Below are positions 41,594 through 53,219 of a stretch of DNA of 64,000 nt, one piece after another. Source of the stretch: an uncultured Methanomicrobiaceae archaeon. GTDB lineage: Archaea > Halobacteriota > Methanomicrobia > Methanomicrobiales > Methanoculleaceae. Under the pieces are notes generated by a model that saw only the letters and a list, made by a program, of their open reading frames with translations, made no database searches and was not told the origin of the DNA. A program made the translations under genes and the position numbers. Position 1 is the stretch's first letter. Each line of letters starts with the position of its first letter. The stretch is taken from NCBI GenBank assembly GCA_963826525.1, contig CAWGXH010000004.1, positions 704,001 through 768,000 on the forward strand. Direction: 5' to 3'.

Positions 41594-43735
41594 ATGAAGA
41601 TCGCCGATCTTCCGATCGCTCCTGCCCTTGCAGCCTGCTATGCCGAGAAAGGGATAAGGGCGCTCTACCCTCCGCAGGCTGACTGCGTCGAAAAAGGCCT
41701 TTTTGAAGGGAATAATCTCCTCATCACTATTCCGACGGCGAGTGGCAAGACACTCGTCGCCGAGATGGCAATGCACCACCACATCAGGCGTGGCGGCAAA
41801 TGCCTCTACGTCGTCCCGCTTCGGGCGCTCGCGAGCGAGAAGTACGACGACTTCTCCGGAAAGGGCGTCAGGGTCGGTATCGCCACCGGTGACCTCGACC
41901 GCAGGGACGACTATCTCGGGAGGAACGATATCATCGTCGCGACGAGCGAAAAGGTCGATTCCCTCCTTCGAAACAGGACCAACTGGCTTTCGGAGGTCAG
42001 CCTGCTGGTGCTCGACGAGGTCCACCTCATCGACTCCCCCGACCGGGGGGCGACGCTCGAGATGGTGATCACGAAACTCCGCCATAAAAATCCCGAAATG
42101 CAGATTATCGCCCTCTCAGCGACGATAGGAAATCCAAAAGACCTTGCTGGCTGGCTGAATGCGGAGGCTCGTGGAGAGCGAGTGGCGGCCCGTCGACCTT
42201 CGGGAAGGGGTCTACTACCACGGGTGCATCCACTTTTCCGACCGGGATCGGCCGATCGAGCGGCAGACGAAGCATGAAGACCTTGACCTCTGCCTCGACA
42301 CCATCAGCGAAGGCGGGCAGTGCCTGGTCTTCGTCAGCTCGCGGAAGAACGCAGAGGCGTTCGCAAAAAGGGCCGCCGCAGGTCTCAAGCTGGAGAGCCC
42401 CGTCCTCACCGGGTATGCGGAGAAGATCCGGTCGAAAGCCGATACCGATACCGAAAAGACGCTCGCGGCCTGCGTGGCGCACGGTGCGGCGTTCCACCAC
42501 GCCGGCCTGAAGAAAGAAGAGCGCCAGATCGTCGAACAGGGGTTCCGGGAAGGAGCGATCAAGGTGATCTCCTCGACACCGACGCTGGCGGCCGGGCTGA
42601 ATCTCCCCGCCCGGCGGGTGATCATCCGCGACTACCTCCGCTTCAATTCCGGCGAAGGGATGGTTCCGATCCCGGTGCGCGAGTACCGGCAGATGGCGGG
42701 ACGTGCCGGGCGGCCGCACCTCGACCCCTACGGCGAGTCGGTGCTGATCGCGAAGGGCGAGGAGATGGTGGACGAGCTCTTCGACTGCTACATCGAGGCG
42801 CCCGCCGAAGACGTCCGGAGCCAGTGCGCGAACGAAGCGGTCATCTGCTCACATATCCTCTCGCTGATCGCCACCGGGTTCGCGCGGGAGCACAGCGAGC
42901 TGACGGCGTTTATGGAGAAGACCTTCTACGCCGCCTCGAGCGAGAGCCCGGCTATCCTGAAGCGGGCGGTGCACCGGGTGCTCGAGTTCCTCCGGGAGAG
43001 CGAGATGATCCTCGAGGTCGGGGAGTGGATCGAGCCGACCGAGTACGGGTCGCTCGTCTCCCGGCTCTACCTGAATCCCTGGAGCGCCGAGCGGATCGCG
43101 ACGAACGTTCCCCAGGTGGAGGAGTACAGCGATATCGGCCTCTTGCAGCTCCTCTGCACGACGCCCGATATGCCGACCCTGTACGTCCGGAAGAACGACG
43201 CCTACTACCTCGACAAATTCATCGCCGAGCACGGCGAGGAGCTCTGGACCGAGATCCCCTGGCACGCCGACGAGGGGTTCGAGCGGAGCCTGAAGACGGC
43301 GCTCCTCCTGAACGACTGGGCGAACGAGCTCGGCGAGGAGACGATCTGCGAGCGCTACGGGGTTGGGCCCGGGGATATCTATGCGATGGTGGAGAGTGTG
43401 AACTGGCTCATCCACGCCTGCCGGCAGCTCGCAGGGATGTTTGCACCGGAGCTCGCAAAATCCATCGAGGAGATGGAACTTCGGATGAAGCATGGGATCA
43501 GAAAGAGCTCCTCCCGATCGTCAGGCTTCGCGGGATCGGCCGTGTCCGCGCCCGCAGGCTCTTCAACAACGGGTTTACAAGCCTCGATGCCATCAGGACC
43601 GCCGGGCCGGAGCGGCTCGGCCAGATCCTCGGCCGGGGTATCGCCACGCAGATCTTCGAGCAGCTGGAGGGTGAACGGGACGCGATCGGCGAAGAACCGA
43701 CAGAAGAGCAGTCCACCCTCTTCCGCTTCGGGTGA
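41594..43735 (+). CDS. hel308: Hel308/Hjm (Ski2-like) DNA helicase (frameshifts near 42165 and 43500)
   Basis: [36 protein letters not shown]-terminal HhH GIGRVRAR. Confidence 0.95.
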
Positions 43736-43741
43736 CTGATC

Positions 43742-44257
43742 ATGGATACCATTACATGTGAGATCCACCGGGCTTCAGCCCGGATCGACGATAAAATTGC
43801 GTTCCTGCACCGGGTGCGGGATATCGCGGATGCCTGCGGGACGCATATCATCCTCTTTGACGCCGACCGGATGGCGGGGGAGGAGCATGTCAGGGCGGCG
43901 CTCGAGCATGCAGGGCGATCGTACGCCGCCGGGACGCCGATCGCAAACTCGTTTGAGATGGAGACGCTGCTCTATGCCGCAGGAACACGCCAGTGTCTGA
44001 TTGCCACGAACTTCGGGATCCACCAGGGTGAGAACCGGCTCTACGCCTGTATCTGCCCTCCCGTGGAAGGCGTCAAGGGCAAACTTGCCGCCTTCATGAC
44101 GTTTACCGGGGAGGAGTTCGGGCCGATCGATGCGACGAAGGCAGATCGCCTCATGGAAGCCTTCGGCATCACCCCGGCGGAGCTCGAAACCGTCGGGGAA
44201 GACCGGATCGTTGATCTCGTCCTCGAACGGGTCGCACTCCTTGAGGTCTACCGGTGA
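43742..44257 (+). CDS. cgi121: KEOPS complex subunit Cgi121
   Basis: AGEEHV..A, EMETLLYAAGTRQC, LVLERVALL; follows hel308. Confidence 0.88.
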   Translation: MDTITCEIHRASARIDDKIAFLHRVRDIADACGTHIILFDADRMAGEEHVRAALEHAGRSYAAGTPIANSFEMETLLYAAGTRQCLIATNFGIHQGENRLYACICPPVEGVKGKLAAFMTFTGEEFGPIDATKADRLMEAFGITPAELETVGEDRIVDLVLERVALLEVYR

Positions 44258-44261
44258 ACCG

Positions 44262-44750
44262 TTACCGAGAGGCGTGTGTCAGGATATGCCGGATCTCGGG
44301 GATGATGATCTCACGGGTAGCGAGGGTGACGGCCTTTGACGACCCGGGGATGCAGAAGACTGCACGACCGCCGATGACGCCTGCCACTGCCCGGGAGAGG
44401 ATTGCAGCGGAACCGATCTCCTCGTAGCTCTTCATCCGGAAGAGCTCGCCGAACCCGTCGATCTTCTTCTCGAGCAGGGGCGATACAGCCTCTATCGTAC
44501 AATCGTCACTGGTAAGTCCGGTTCCTCCGGTGAGGATGATGCAGGATGCCTTCGGCAGAGCCCGGTAGACCTCCCGGCGGATATGCTCCATATCATCGGG
44601 GACGATGGCATAGTGCGTGATCTCGATCGAGGATTCTTCAAGGAGTGTTCTGATCGTACGACCGCTGATATCGGACTCCTCCGTACGGGTGGAGGAGACG
44701 GTGATAACTGCACCAGTGACATGAATCGGTTTATGATGATTGCTGTCCAT
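44262..44750 (-). CDS. moaB: Molybdenum cofactor biosynthesis protein B (MoaB/MogA)
   Basis: ITVSSTR..D.SG, TGGTGL..D.T.EA, GFGELFR, SRAVAG. Confidence 0.92.
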   Translation of the reverse strand: MDSNHHKPIHVTGAVITVSSTRTEESDISGRTIRTLLEESSIEITHYAIVPDDMEHIRREVYRALPKASCIILTGGTGLTSDDCTIEAVSPLLEKKIDGFGELFRMKSYEEIGSAAILSRAVAGVIGGRAVFCIPGSSKAVTLATREIIIPEIRHILTHASR

Positions 44751-44818
44751 CCGATGATCTGGTATCCCGGGATACCTTATTTTACTTTGTGAGAAAGATG
44801 GCCGAAGGCCCCGACTTC

Positions 44819-45155
44819 CCCCACCCCTTTATTTCCACTGGAACTGTGGTCCTCACTGCCCTCCAGATCGATCATTTCGCGGTTGTCAGACAAAGATCCC
44901 GATCGTCTCTCGTACTCCTTTCGTTATTTTTATATAGTATTATTTAGAGAGGTACACATGACTGTTTTCATCATCATTCATCATCGATGATCAGAAGGTC
45001 TGTATCATCATCACATTCCACTCGCAACAAAGGGGTGGGGGACTCAGGCTATCGCCCGGTGATCGATTCTTCTGCATGCTCCCCGGCGTACGGGAACTCC
45101 GGGGCAGATCAGAGGCTCTCCTGAATCTCCACTGTTCCACTGGAAACGAAGGGGT
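44819..45155. other. oriC: Replication origin oriC, ORB cluster 1 with AT-rich unwinding element
   Basis: ORBs at 44819-44844 (minus, GTTCCAGTGGAAATAAAGGGGTGGGG), 45016-45041 (degenerate) and 45134-45155 (GTTCCACTGGAAACGAAGGGGT); AT-rich tract about 44918-44947; upstream of cdc6. Confidence 0.9.
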
Positions 45156-45233
45156 TATCATACCTGAAAACGAACACCTTAGCAGGCAGCGAGAGAAATC
45201 GATCTCGTCCAGGCCATACCCCCCGGTGACACT

Positions 45234-46517
45234 ATGTCGGACGATAAAAGCAATCCTATGGGTTTATTCAAAAAATATCTCACCAATAGAAGGATATTCA
45301 AAAACCGTGAAGTGCTCAGGCACAGCTACCGCCCGCATATCCTCCCTCACCGGAAACCGCAGATCGACGAGCTGGCATCTATCCTTGCTCCGGCACTGAA
45401 TAATGAAACGCCCTCAAATATTCTGATATACGGAAAGACCGGGACAGGGAAGACAGCGAGCGTCAGGTACGTCGGCCTCGAGCTCGAGAATGCGAGTGGG
45501 ATCACCGGAACGCGCTGCCGGATCGTCCACCTCAACTGCGAGGTGATCGATACCCAGTATCGGGTGCTGGCGCAGATCGCAAGCTGCCTTGAGGACCACG
45601 ACGAGCACGCAAGCGACAGCACCCGGGTCCATATCCCGATGACCGGGTGGCCGACCGACCAGGTGTACATGGAGCTCAAAAAGCAGCTCGAGAACAGCGG
45701 CGGCGTGATGGTGATCGTGCTCGACGAGATCGATAAGCTCGTCAAGAAGAGCGGGGACGACACCCTCTACAACCTCACCCGGATCAACTCGGACTTGAAG
45801 CGGGCGAAGGTCAGCATCATCGGGATCTCAAATGATCTCCGGTTTACCGACTTCCTCGACCCACGGGTGCTCTCCTCACTCTCGGAGGAGGAGATCGTCT
45901 TTCCGCCCTACAACGCCCCGCAGCTCTGCGACATCCTGCAACAGCGCTCCGAGATAGCGTTTATCGAGGGGGCGCTCGATGAGAGTGTTATACCGCTCTG
46001 CGCCGCTCTTGCAGCCCAGGAGCACGGCGATGCCCGCCGTGCACTGGATCTTCTGCGGGTCTCGGGGGAACTCTCCGATCGCGAAAACGCCGATATGGTG
46101 ACCGAACGACACGTCCGGATGGCGCAGGAGAAGATCGAGACCGACAGCATGGTGGAGTGCGTCTCCACGCTCCCCACCCAGAGCAAAGCCGTCCTCTATG
46201 CGATGCTGATCCTCGAGCAGATGGGCAAGCGGATCTTTACGAGTGGCGAGGTCACGATGGTTTACCGGGAGATCGCACGGATCCTCGACCTCGACGTCCT
46301 GACGCACCGGCGGATCACCGATCTCATCTCTGAGCTGAATATGCTCGGCGTCATCAACACGCGGGTCGTCTCGCGTGGCCGGTACGGCAGGACGAAGGAG
46401 ATGTGGTTCGATGCCGCCACGAGCAAGATTGACGAGGTCATTTCGCGCGATCCGCGGCTGTCCGACCAAAGGTTGAAAGAGATCGACATCAATCGTTTGA
46501 GAGCAATGTTCAGGTGA
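45234..46517 (+). CDS. cdc6: Orc1/Cdc6 replication initiator
   Basis: YGKTGTGKT, VLDEIDKL, LDPRV.SSL, HGDARRALDLLR, SRGRYGRT winged helix. Confidence 0.97.
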   Translation: MSDDKSNPMGLFKKYLTNRRIFKNREVLRHSYRPHILPHRKPQIDELASILAPALNNETPSNILIYGKTGTGKTASVRYVGLELENASGITGTRCRIVHLNCEVIDTQYRVLAQIASCLEDHDEHASDSTRVHIPMTGWPTDQVYMELKKQLENSGGVMVIVLDEIDKLVKKSGDDTLYNLTRINSDLKRAKVSIIGISNDLRFTDFLDPRVLSSLSEEEIVFPPYNAPQLCDILQQRSEIAFIEGALDESVIPLCAALAAQEHGDARRALDLLRVSGELSDRENADMVTERHVRMAQEKIETDSMVECVSTLPTQSKAVLYAMLILEQMGKRIFTSGEVTMVYREIARILDLDVLTHRRITDLISELNMLGVINTRVVSRGRYGRTKEMWFDAATSKIDEVISRDPRLSDQRLKEIDINRLRAMFR

Positions 46518-46521
46518 TTTC

Positions 46522-47013
46522 ATGGATGAGAAAGACCGTCTGCTCCTCCGGGAACTGGAGGAGAACAGCAGTGTTCCGCCGGAAGATCTGGCGGTCATGG
46601 CTGAGTTAAGTGAGAGTGACGTACAAAACCGGATCCGGCGACTGGAAGAGGCGGGCGTTATCCGGAAGTATACCGCTGTCGTCGACTGGGAGCGGGCGGG
46701 TGACGGAATCGTTGCTGCTGTCATCGAGCTGAAGGTCTCGCCCGAACGGGATTACGGCTATGACCGGATCGCCGATCGGATCGCCCGGTTCCGGCAGGTT
46801 CGCTCGCTCCGGCTGATGACCGGCGCTTACGACCTCCAGCTGATCGTTACCGGGGGGAGCATGCACGAGATTGCCCGGTTCGTCTCCGAGCAGATTGCAC
46901 CCATGGACCGTATCCGGGAGACGGCGACGCATATCGTCCTGAAATCCTATAAGGAGAACGGCAATACCCTCGCGGAACGTGAAGCGGTCGAACGTCTCCC
47001 CTATTCGTTCTGA
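46522..47013 (+). CDS. Lrp/AsnC family regulator
   Basis: N-terminal HTH (RIRRLEEAGVI), LMTGAYDL, TATHIVLKSYKE. Confidence 0.92.
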   Translation: MDEKDRLLLRELEENSSVPPEDLAVMAELSESDVQNRIRRLEEAGVIRKYTAVVDWERAGDGIVAAVIELKVSPERDYGYDRIADRIARFRQVRSLRLMTGAYDLQLIVTGGSMHEIARFVSEQIAPMDRIRETATHIVLKSYKENGNTLAEREAVERLPYSF

Positions 47014-47025
47014 GGTGGCGCGGGT

Positions 47026-48182
47026 ATGAAGGACTTCATCTCTGCGAGAGCACACTCCATCCCTCCGTCAGGCATTCGAAAGTTCTTCGATATTGCCCAG
47101 ACGATGGAGGACGTCATCTCGCTCGGTGTCGGTGAACCCGACTTCTCAACGCCGTGGAACGTCTGCGAGGCGAGTATCTACTCCATCGAGCAGGGCGTGA
47201 CGAACTATACCTCGAACAAAGGGACGCCGAAGCTTCGCGCCGCGATCTCGCGATATCTCGAGAGCAGTTTCCAGACTCCCTACGATCCCGAGACCGAGAT
47301 CATCGTCACGAACGGCGTCTCCGAGGCGGCAGATATCGCGATCCGGGCCGTGGTGGACGTCGGCGACGAGGTGCTCGTCGCCGAACCTTCGTACGTCTCC
47401 TACTCTCCCTGCGTCACCCTTGCAGGCGGGGAGCCGGTACCGGTTCCCTGCACGGCCGAGACCGGCTTTCGGCTGACCGCCGATGCGCTGATGGAGCGAA
47501 TTACCCCGAAATCGAAGGTGGTCATCGCCAACTTCCCGAACAATCCCACGGGGGGCACGATGAGCGAGGTCGATTATCGGGCGGTTGCGGATGTCGTCGT
47601 CGATCACGATCTCCTGCTGATCAGCGACGAGGTCTACGCCGAGCTCACCTACGAGGGGGCACATTTCTCCCCGGCGGCGCTTCCGGAACTTCGGGAACGG
47701 ACGATCACGCTGAACGGGTTCTCGAAGGCATACGCCATGACCGGGTGGCGGATAGGTACCTCTGCGCACCGCCGGCGATCACGGCCGCCGCCCTGAAGAT
47801 CCACCAGTACGTCGCGCTCTGTGCCCCTGTCATGGCGCAGGTGGCCGCATACGAGGCGCTTCGGAACGGCACGGCGGAGAAGGATGCAATGGTCCAGGAG
47901 TACCGGATCAGGAGAAACCTCTTCGTGAACGGTCTGAACCGGATAGGCCTTACCTGCCACCTCCCGATGGGCGCGTTCTATGCGTTCCCCTCGGTGGAGA
48001 GCACGGGGATGACGGATCAGGCGTTCGCCGAGGCACTCCTCCGCGAGCAGCATGTCGCCGTCGTGCCGGGCAGCGTCCTCGGCGGCCCTGGCCACATCCG
48101 GTGCGCCTATGCGGTCTCCCGGGAGAGCCTGAAGACTGCGCTTGAGCGGATGGAAGCGTTTCTGGCGGGTTTAAAAACCTGA
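47026..48182 (+). CDS. Class I PLP aminotransferase (frameshift near 47755)
   Basis: LGVGEPDF, NFPNNPTG, SDEVY, GFSKAYAMTGWRIG, GAFYAFP. Confidence 0.93.
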
Positions 48183-48286
48183 ATTCTCTCTGGAGATCTC
48201 TATTTTCAAATACAAGCTCTTTTATAGCTCTTTTCATCCGGCGAAACGGAGAGAATGCAGTTTGTCTGACGAACGGCGGTCGGAGA

Positions 48287-48525
48287 ACCCCTTTATTTCC
48301 AGTGGAGATGATGATTTATTCAGCGTTTTTTGACCCCGGGGATCGGAGGTGCACCGTTCCGGGAATATGGACCCTGTCCGGCAAATACCGGGAAGATCTT
48401 TGGAATTTGCGAATGCGAAAGATCCCGGGAAATTCGGGACATCCAAGCAGCCTGTTACCCTGTCAAATCCGTAAGAATGAGCGACGATCTGGAATATCAG
48501 GCAGTTCCACTGGAAATAAAGGGGT
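48287..48525. other. ORB cluster 2 (inverted pair)
   Basis: ACCCCTTTATTTCCAGTGGAG (48287-48307, minus) and GTTCCACTGGAAATAAAGGGGT (48504-48525, plus) in a non-coding gap. Confidence 0.85.
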
Positions 48526-48634
48526 ATACGCAGATGTAAATGCGTTCTGCTCCATGCCTTCCTGATGTCGGACAGAGCCGGTCGGCCATACCTACATATA
48601 CTGCCCGGGTGATATCCTCACCTGGGAAACAACA

Positions 48635-48946
48635 ATGCGGAAAGCAGCAATAAACGCACTTGTCGATATAGTCGCGCTGATCGTGTTTATTCCTTCTCTC
48701 GTATCGGGACTGATCCTGTACTTTGTCCTTCCCTCGGGGGGAGAGGGGTTCCGTGGGGGCGCCGGTGTCGTTACGCCCGATGTCTTTCTCGGCATTGTCA
48801 GGAACGACTGGAAGGATCTGCATGCCTACGCAAGCCTGGCCTTTGCGGCGCTCGTTGTCGTGCATATTCTCCTTCACTGGCGGTACATGGCATCTATCGG
48901 GCGCATCGTCCGCCGGACCCGCACCGGCAGATCCGATACGGAGTGA
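48635..48946 (+). CDS. DUF4405 membrane protein (cytochrome b-like His pair)
   Basis: SGLILY, WKDLH, VHILLHW. Confidence 0.82.
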   Translation: MRKAAINALVDIVALIVFIPSLVSGLILYFVLPSGGEGFRGGAGVVTPDVFLGIVRNDWKDLHAYASLAFAALVVVHILLHWRYMASIGRIVRRTRTGRSDTE

Positions 48947-49089
48947 TAGTCTCCCTCCGCGGGCACGACTATCTTCCATTTCGTTCCGGGGATCACGAAG
49001 CTGCCGGTGAACGGATGACCGCCCCGAAATCCGGGGCGCACATTGTAACGTTTATCACTATGAATCACTCCATCCTACATGATAGAACA

Positions 49090-50100
49090 ATGAGCTGTAC
49101 AGTTATCGTCGGTGGGTTCTTCGGGGACGAAGGAAAGGGTAAAATCGTGGCGCACATCGCCTACGAAGATAGACCGACAATCATCTCACGCGGCGGTGTC
49201 GGGCCGAATGCGGGGCACACCGTCCGTGTCGGTGAGAAGGAGTACGGTGTCCGGATGGTACCCTCGGGTTTCATCTATCCGGACGCCCGCCTTATGATCG
49301 GCAGCGGCGTTCTGGTCGATCCACGTGTATTTCAGCGAGAGGTTGACCTTCTCGGCGTCGATGGCCGGATCTTCATGGACGGACGCTGCGGGATCATCGA
49401 GGAAGAGCATATCGAGCGCGACCGCGGGAGCGAGCACCTCAAGACCAAGATCGGGAGCACCGGAACCGGATGCGGCCCTGCCAACGCTGACCGGGTGATG
49501 CGGACGTCCCGTCAGGCGAAGGACGTGCCGGAGCTTGCCCGGTATATCACCGATGTTCCCCGGGAGGTCAACACCGCCATCGAGCGGGGCGAGACGGTGC
49601 TGCTCGAAGGCACCCAGGGTTTCGGGATCTCGCTCTACTATGGGACCTATCCCTACGTTACGAGCAAGGACACATCGGCCTCGCAGATCGCCGCCGATAA
49701 CGGTGTCGGCCCGACGAGGGTCGACGACGTGATCGTCGTCTTCAAGGCATTCCCGACCCGGGTCGGAGAAGGGCCTTTCTCGACCGAGATGACGCTTAAG
49801 GAGTCGAACAGTCTCGGTATTGAGGAGTTCGGGACCGTGACGCACCGCCAGCGCCGGATCGGCCTCTGGGACGGTGAGATGGCCAGGTACTCCGCTATGA
49901 TCAACGGGTGTACCCAGGCGGCGATCACCGGTATCGACCGGATCGACGCTTCCTGCTATGGCGTCACAGAGTATGCAAAACTTACGAAGAAGGCGAAAGA
50001 CTTCATCGCGCAGGCGGAAGAGGATATCAGAGCGCCTGTGACGTTGATCTCGACGGGGCCCGATATCTCTCAGATCGTCGATCTGAGGAAGGATCTATGA
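49090..50100 (+). CDS. purA: Adenylosuccinate synthetase
   Basis: FGDEGKGK, GPNAGHT, EGTQG, YPYVTS, GTVTHRQRRIG. Confidence 0.97.
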   Translation: MSCTVIVGGFFGDEGKGKIVAHIAYEDRPTIISRGGVGPNAGHTVRVGEKEYGVRMVPSGFIYPDARLMIGSGVLVDPRVFQREVDLLGVDGRIFMDGRCGIIEEEHIERDRGSEHLKTKIGSTGTGCGPANADRVMRTSRQAKDVPELARYITDVPREVNTAIERGETVLLEGTQGFGISLYYGTYPYVTSKDTSASQIAADNGVGPTRVDDVIVVFKAFPTRVGEGPFSTEMTLKESNSLGIEEFGTVTHRQRRIGLWDGEMARYSAMINGCTQAAITGIDRIDASCYGVTEYAKLTKKAKDFIAQAEEDIRAPVTLISTGPDISQIVDLRKDL

Positions 50101-50282
50101 GACGGGATCTGCTGGATATTCTCTGCTGCCCTATCTGTAAGGGTGCACTGATCCTGGCGGTGACCAGAGAGACCGACGACGAGATACTGGAAGGGAGCCT
50201 TCGATGCGAGGTCTGTAGCGTCTCCTACCCTATCTGCGAGGGCATCCCAAACCTCCTCCCCCGGTCGCCCGCTGAGGACTGA
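50097..50282 (+). CDS. trm112: Trm112 family methyltransferase activator
   Basis: LLDILCCPICK...LRCEVC...YPI.EGIPNLL. Confidence 0.9.
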   Translation: MRRDLLDILCCPICKGALILAVTRETDDEILEGSLRCEVCSVSYPICEGIPNLLPRSPAED

Positions 50283-50290
50283 GAACTGCG

Positions 50291-50815
50291 ATGCCGGTCG
50301 AGATTCACTTAAACAGGCGGGGCATCAACTCGATTGAGGTCCTCCCGGAGGTGACGGTCACGGCAGGGAGCGACCTCGCCCTCGAGATGATCAACCATGG
50401 CGCTCCCCTGCACCTGACGCTCTCGAGCCAGAACTCCGGAATGTTCACCGACTTTTTCCACGCAAATCTCTACGTCGCCGACCGCGAGGCCTTCATAATA
50501 CCGATACGCCCGGACTCGTATCCGGGGTTCTTCGACGTTGCGATCATCACCGGGTACGGTGCCAGGCGGGCGGCGTTCCGGGTGGTCGTCCATCAGGTGC
50601 CGTCCGAGGTTCCGGAGGAGCCGGAAGAACTGCTTCCATGCCCCCAGGTTCCGGTGCGGCGGATCGGCGCCACCCTCCCTGCCGGGCTCCTCGTTGCCGC
50701 CGGACTGATACTGTACGGCCTCTGGCTCGCTTTCCGCCTTGATCTTCTCAATTACATAGCATTCCTCGCGCTCTTCGCCGGAGTTCTCACGCTATGGTTC
50801 TGGCGGCGCTGGTAG
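50291..50815 (+). CDS. Conserved euryarchaeal hypothetical membrane protein
   Basis: HLNRRG, NHGAPLH, TGYGA, two C-terminal TM helices. Confidence 0.75.
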   Translation: MPVEIHLNRRGINSIEVLPEVTVTAGSDLALEMINHGAPLHLTLSSQNSGMFTDFFHANLYVADREAFIIPIRPDSYPGFFDVAIITGYGARRAAFRVVVHQVPSEVPEEPEELLPCPQVPVRRIGATLPAGLLVAAGLILYGLWLAFRLDLLNYIAFLALFAGVLTLWFWRRW

Positions 50816-51711
50816 TCGCTCTCGCGCTGCTGGTCGATCGGGCCTTCGGCGACCCCCGCTCGCCCCTGCACCCGGTCGCACTGCTTGGGCGCTTCATCGG
50901 GTGGTGGGGCGTCCCGTCCCGGTATCCGGTCTCTCTCCAGCGCGCCGCCGGCGTCCTCTTTACCCTCGTGACTGCGCTGCTCTTCGCTGCACCCTTCTTC
51001 ATCTTCGAGACCGTTGCACCCTGGTTTGTCTACCTGTTCATCGCTCCCCTGCTTCTGAAGGCCTGCTTCGCATGGCGGGCGCTCGAGGAGCATACCCATG
51101 CTGTCGTGGAAGCGACAGAAAGCGATCTCGCCGAGGGGCGCCGGACCGTGGGGATGATGGTGAGCCGCGAAACCACCTCCCTTGACCGGGAGCATGTCCT
51201 CTCCGCAGCCTACGAGTCGATGACCGAGAACTTAACAGATAGCATCGTTTCACCGCTCTTCTACTTCGGCCTCTTTGGCCTTGCTGGGGCGGCGTTCTGC
51301 CGCGCCGTCAACACCATGGACGCGATGCTCGGCTACCGGGACGAACGGGCACGGCTCGGATGGTTCCCCGCCCGGCTTGACGATATCGTCAACTTCATCC
51401 CCGCCCGGATCGCGGGGGCGGTTCTGCTCCTCTACTTCGCCTACCGCGGGCGTTTCTGGCAGTCGTATACGATCCTCCGGCGTGACGCACACCGGCGGCC
51501 GGGATTCAACGGAGGTATCCCGATGGCGGCGATCGCGGGAGGAGTCGGTATCAGGCTCGAAAAGCAGGGTGTTTACGTCATCGGCGACCCGGAACGATCG
51601 CTGGAAGCGGCTGGGGACGAGATCGTGCGCGCCGTCAGGGCCGCCACCCTCATCTTCGCCCTGCTCCTGATCGCCGCACTATTTTTATTGGGGACAGCGA
51701 GCAATACATAA
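50794..51711 (+). CDS. cbiB: Adenosylcobinamide-phosphate synthase CbiB/CobD
   Basis: [36 protein letters not shown]. Confidence 0.93.
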   Translation: MVLAALVVALALLVDRAFGDPRSPLHPVALLGRFIGWWGVPSRYPVSLQRAAGVLFTLVTALLFAAPFFIFETVAPWFVYLFIAPLLLKACFAWRALEEHTHAVVEATESDLAEGRRTVGMMVSRETTSLDREHVLSAAYESMTENLTDSIVSPLFYFGLFGLAGAAFCRAVNTMDAMLGYRDERARLGWFPARLDDIVNFIPARIAGAVLLLYFAYRGRFWQSYTILRRDAHRRPGFNGGIPMAAIAGGVGIRLEKQGVYVIGDPERSLEAAGDEIVRAVRAATLIFALLLIAALFLLGTASNT

Positions 51712-51716
51712 GAATA

Positions 51717-52613
51717 ATGAAACTCGAGGAACTGAGATTCGGCACTGAGCTGATCAAACGCGGCTTTGCTTCCATGCAGAAGGGCGGCGTGATCATGGAC
51801 GTCGTGAACGCAGAGCAGGCCAGCATAGCCGAAGAGGCCGGTGCTGTCGCTGTCATGGCGCTGGAGAGAGTCCCTGCGGATATCAGGAAGGCCGGGGGCG
51901 TCGCCCGCATGGCCGATCCCGAGAAGATTCTCGAGATCATCGATGCAGTCTCGATCCCCGTTATGGGAAAGGTCAGGATCGGGCACTTCGTCGAGGCGCA
52001 GGTGCTCGAGGTGCTCGGGGTCGATATGATCGACGAGAGCGAGGTTCTGACACCGGCGGATGAGCAGTTCCACGTCGACAAGACGGCGTTCACCGTGCCG
52101 TTCGTCTGTGGCGCCCGGAACCTTGGCGAAGCGCTCCGGCGGATCAACGAGGGGGCGGCAATGATCCGCACCAAGGGCGAGGCCGGTACCGGCAACGTCG
52201 TCGAGGCCGTCCGGCACATGCGTGCGATTATGGGTGAGATCCGCTCGCTTGAGGGGATGAACAGCCAGGAACTTATCGCCCGTGCCCGTGCGATCGAGGC
52301 GCCCGCGGATCTCGTGGCGGAGTGCGCCCGGCTCGGTCGTCTCCCGGTGGTCAACTTCTCCGCAGGCGGTATCGCGACACCGGCCGATGCCGTCCTGATG
52401 ATGCAGCTCGGAGCGGACGGCGTCTTTGTCGGGTCCGGTATCTTCAAGTCGAGCGAACCCGCCCGGATGGCAAAGGCGGTCGTCGAGGCCGTCAACAACT
52501 TCACCGACCCGAAGGTCGTCGCCGAGGTCAGCAAAGGACTCGGCCAGGCGATGCCGGGTCTTGACGTCAAGACCCTGCGTGAGGACGAGAGGCTGGCGGA
52601 ACGTGGCTGGTAA
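51717..52613 (+). CDS. pdxS: PLP synthase subunit PdxS
   Basis: [38 protein letters not shown]. Confidence 0.97.
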   Translation: MKLEELRFGTELIKRGFASMQKGGVIMDVVNAEQASIAEEAGAVAVMALERVPADIRKAGGVARMADPEKILEIIDAVSIPVMGKVRIGHFVEAQVLEVLGVDMIDESEVLTPADEQFHVDKTAFTVPFVCGARNLGEALRRINEGAAMIRTKGEAGTGNVVEAVRHMRAIMGEIRSLEGMNSQELIARARAIEAPADLVAECARLGRLPVVNFSAGGIATPADAVLMMQLGADGVFVGSGIFKSSEPARMAKAVVEAVNNFTDPKVVAEVSKGLGQAMPGLDVKTLREDERLAERGW

Positions 52614-53184
52614 GATCGGTGTCCTGGCACTCCAGGGGGACGTCAGCGAGCATATCGCTGCGTTCGAGCGGGCGCTTGGAACCGACTATCCGGAGATGGC
52701 GGTCGTGCCCGTCCGGCGGGCGGAGCAGCTTGCGGGGCTCGCGGCCATCGCACTCCCCGGCGGGGAATCGACGACCATCTCCCGCCTCATCGAGAAGAAC
52801 GGGATGCACCGGCCGCTCGCAACGTTCGAGGGCGGCATCTTTGCGACCTGCGCTGGGATGGTGCTCGTGGCGAGCGAGGTCGACGATCCCCGGGTGCACC
52901 CGCTCGGTGTGATAGATATCCGGGTGGAGCGGAACGCCTTCGGGCGGCAGGCGGAGTCCCACGAGGCCTACGTCGAGGTCTTGGGGCTCGGCGAGCCGTT
53001 CCATGCCGTCTTCATCAGAGCCCCCCTCGTCTCCCGCGCAGGTTCCGGTGTGGAGGTGCTCGCCCGGACGCCGCAGGGGATCGTCGCCGTCCGGCAGGGG
53101 CGGCATATGGCCTTCTCCTTCCACCCGGAGCTCTCCGGCGACCTTCGTCTGCACCGGTTGTTTCTTGAGAATCTCTTCCGGTGA
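52603..53184 (+). CDS. pdxT: PLP synthase glutaminase subunit PdxT
   Basis: GVLALQG, PGGESTT, TCAG, RNAFGRQ, FHPEL. Confidence 0.96.
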   Translation: MAGKIGVLALQGDVSEHIAAFERALGTDYPEMAVVPVRRAEQLAGLAAIALPGGESTTISRLIEKNGMHRPLATFEGGIFATCAGMVLVASEVDDPRVHPLGVIDIRVERNAFGRQAESHEAYVEVLGLGEPFHAVFIRAPLVSRAGSGVEVLARTPQGIVAVRQGRHMAFSFHPELSGDLRLHRLFLENLFR

Positions 53185-53219
53185 TCGGCCGCGCCCGATC
53201 GCCCGCGGATACTCTTTTT

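Noticed and set aside
44965-45013. TCA trinucleotide runs within oriC
   Set aside because: Short and imperfect; treated as part of the origin spacer rather than a separate element
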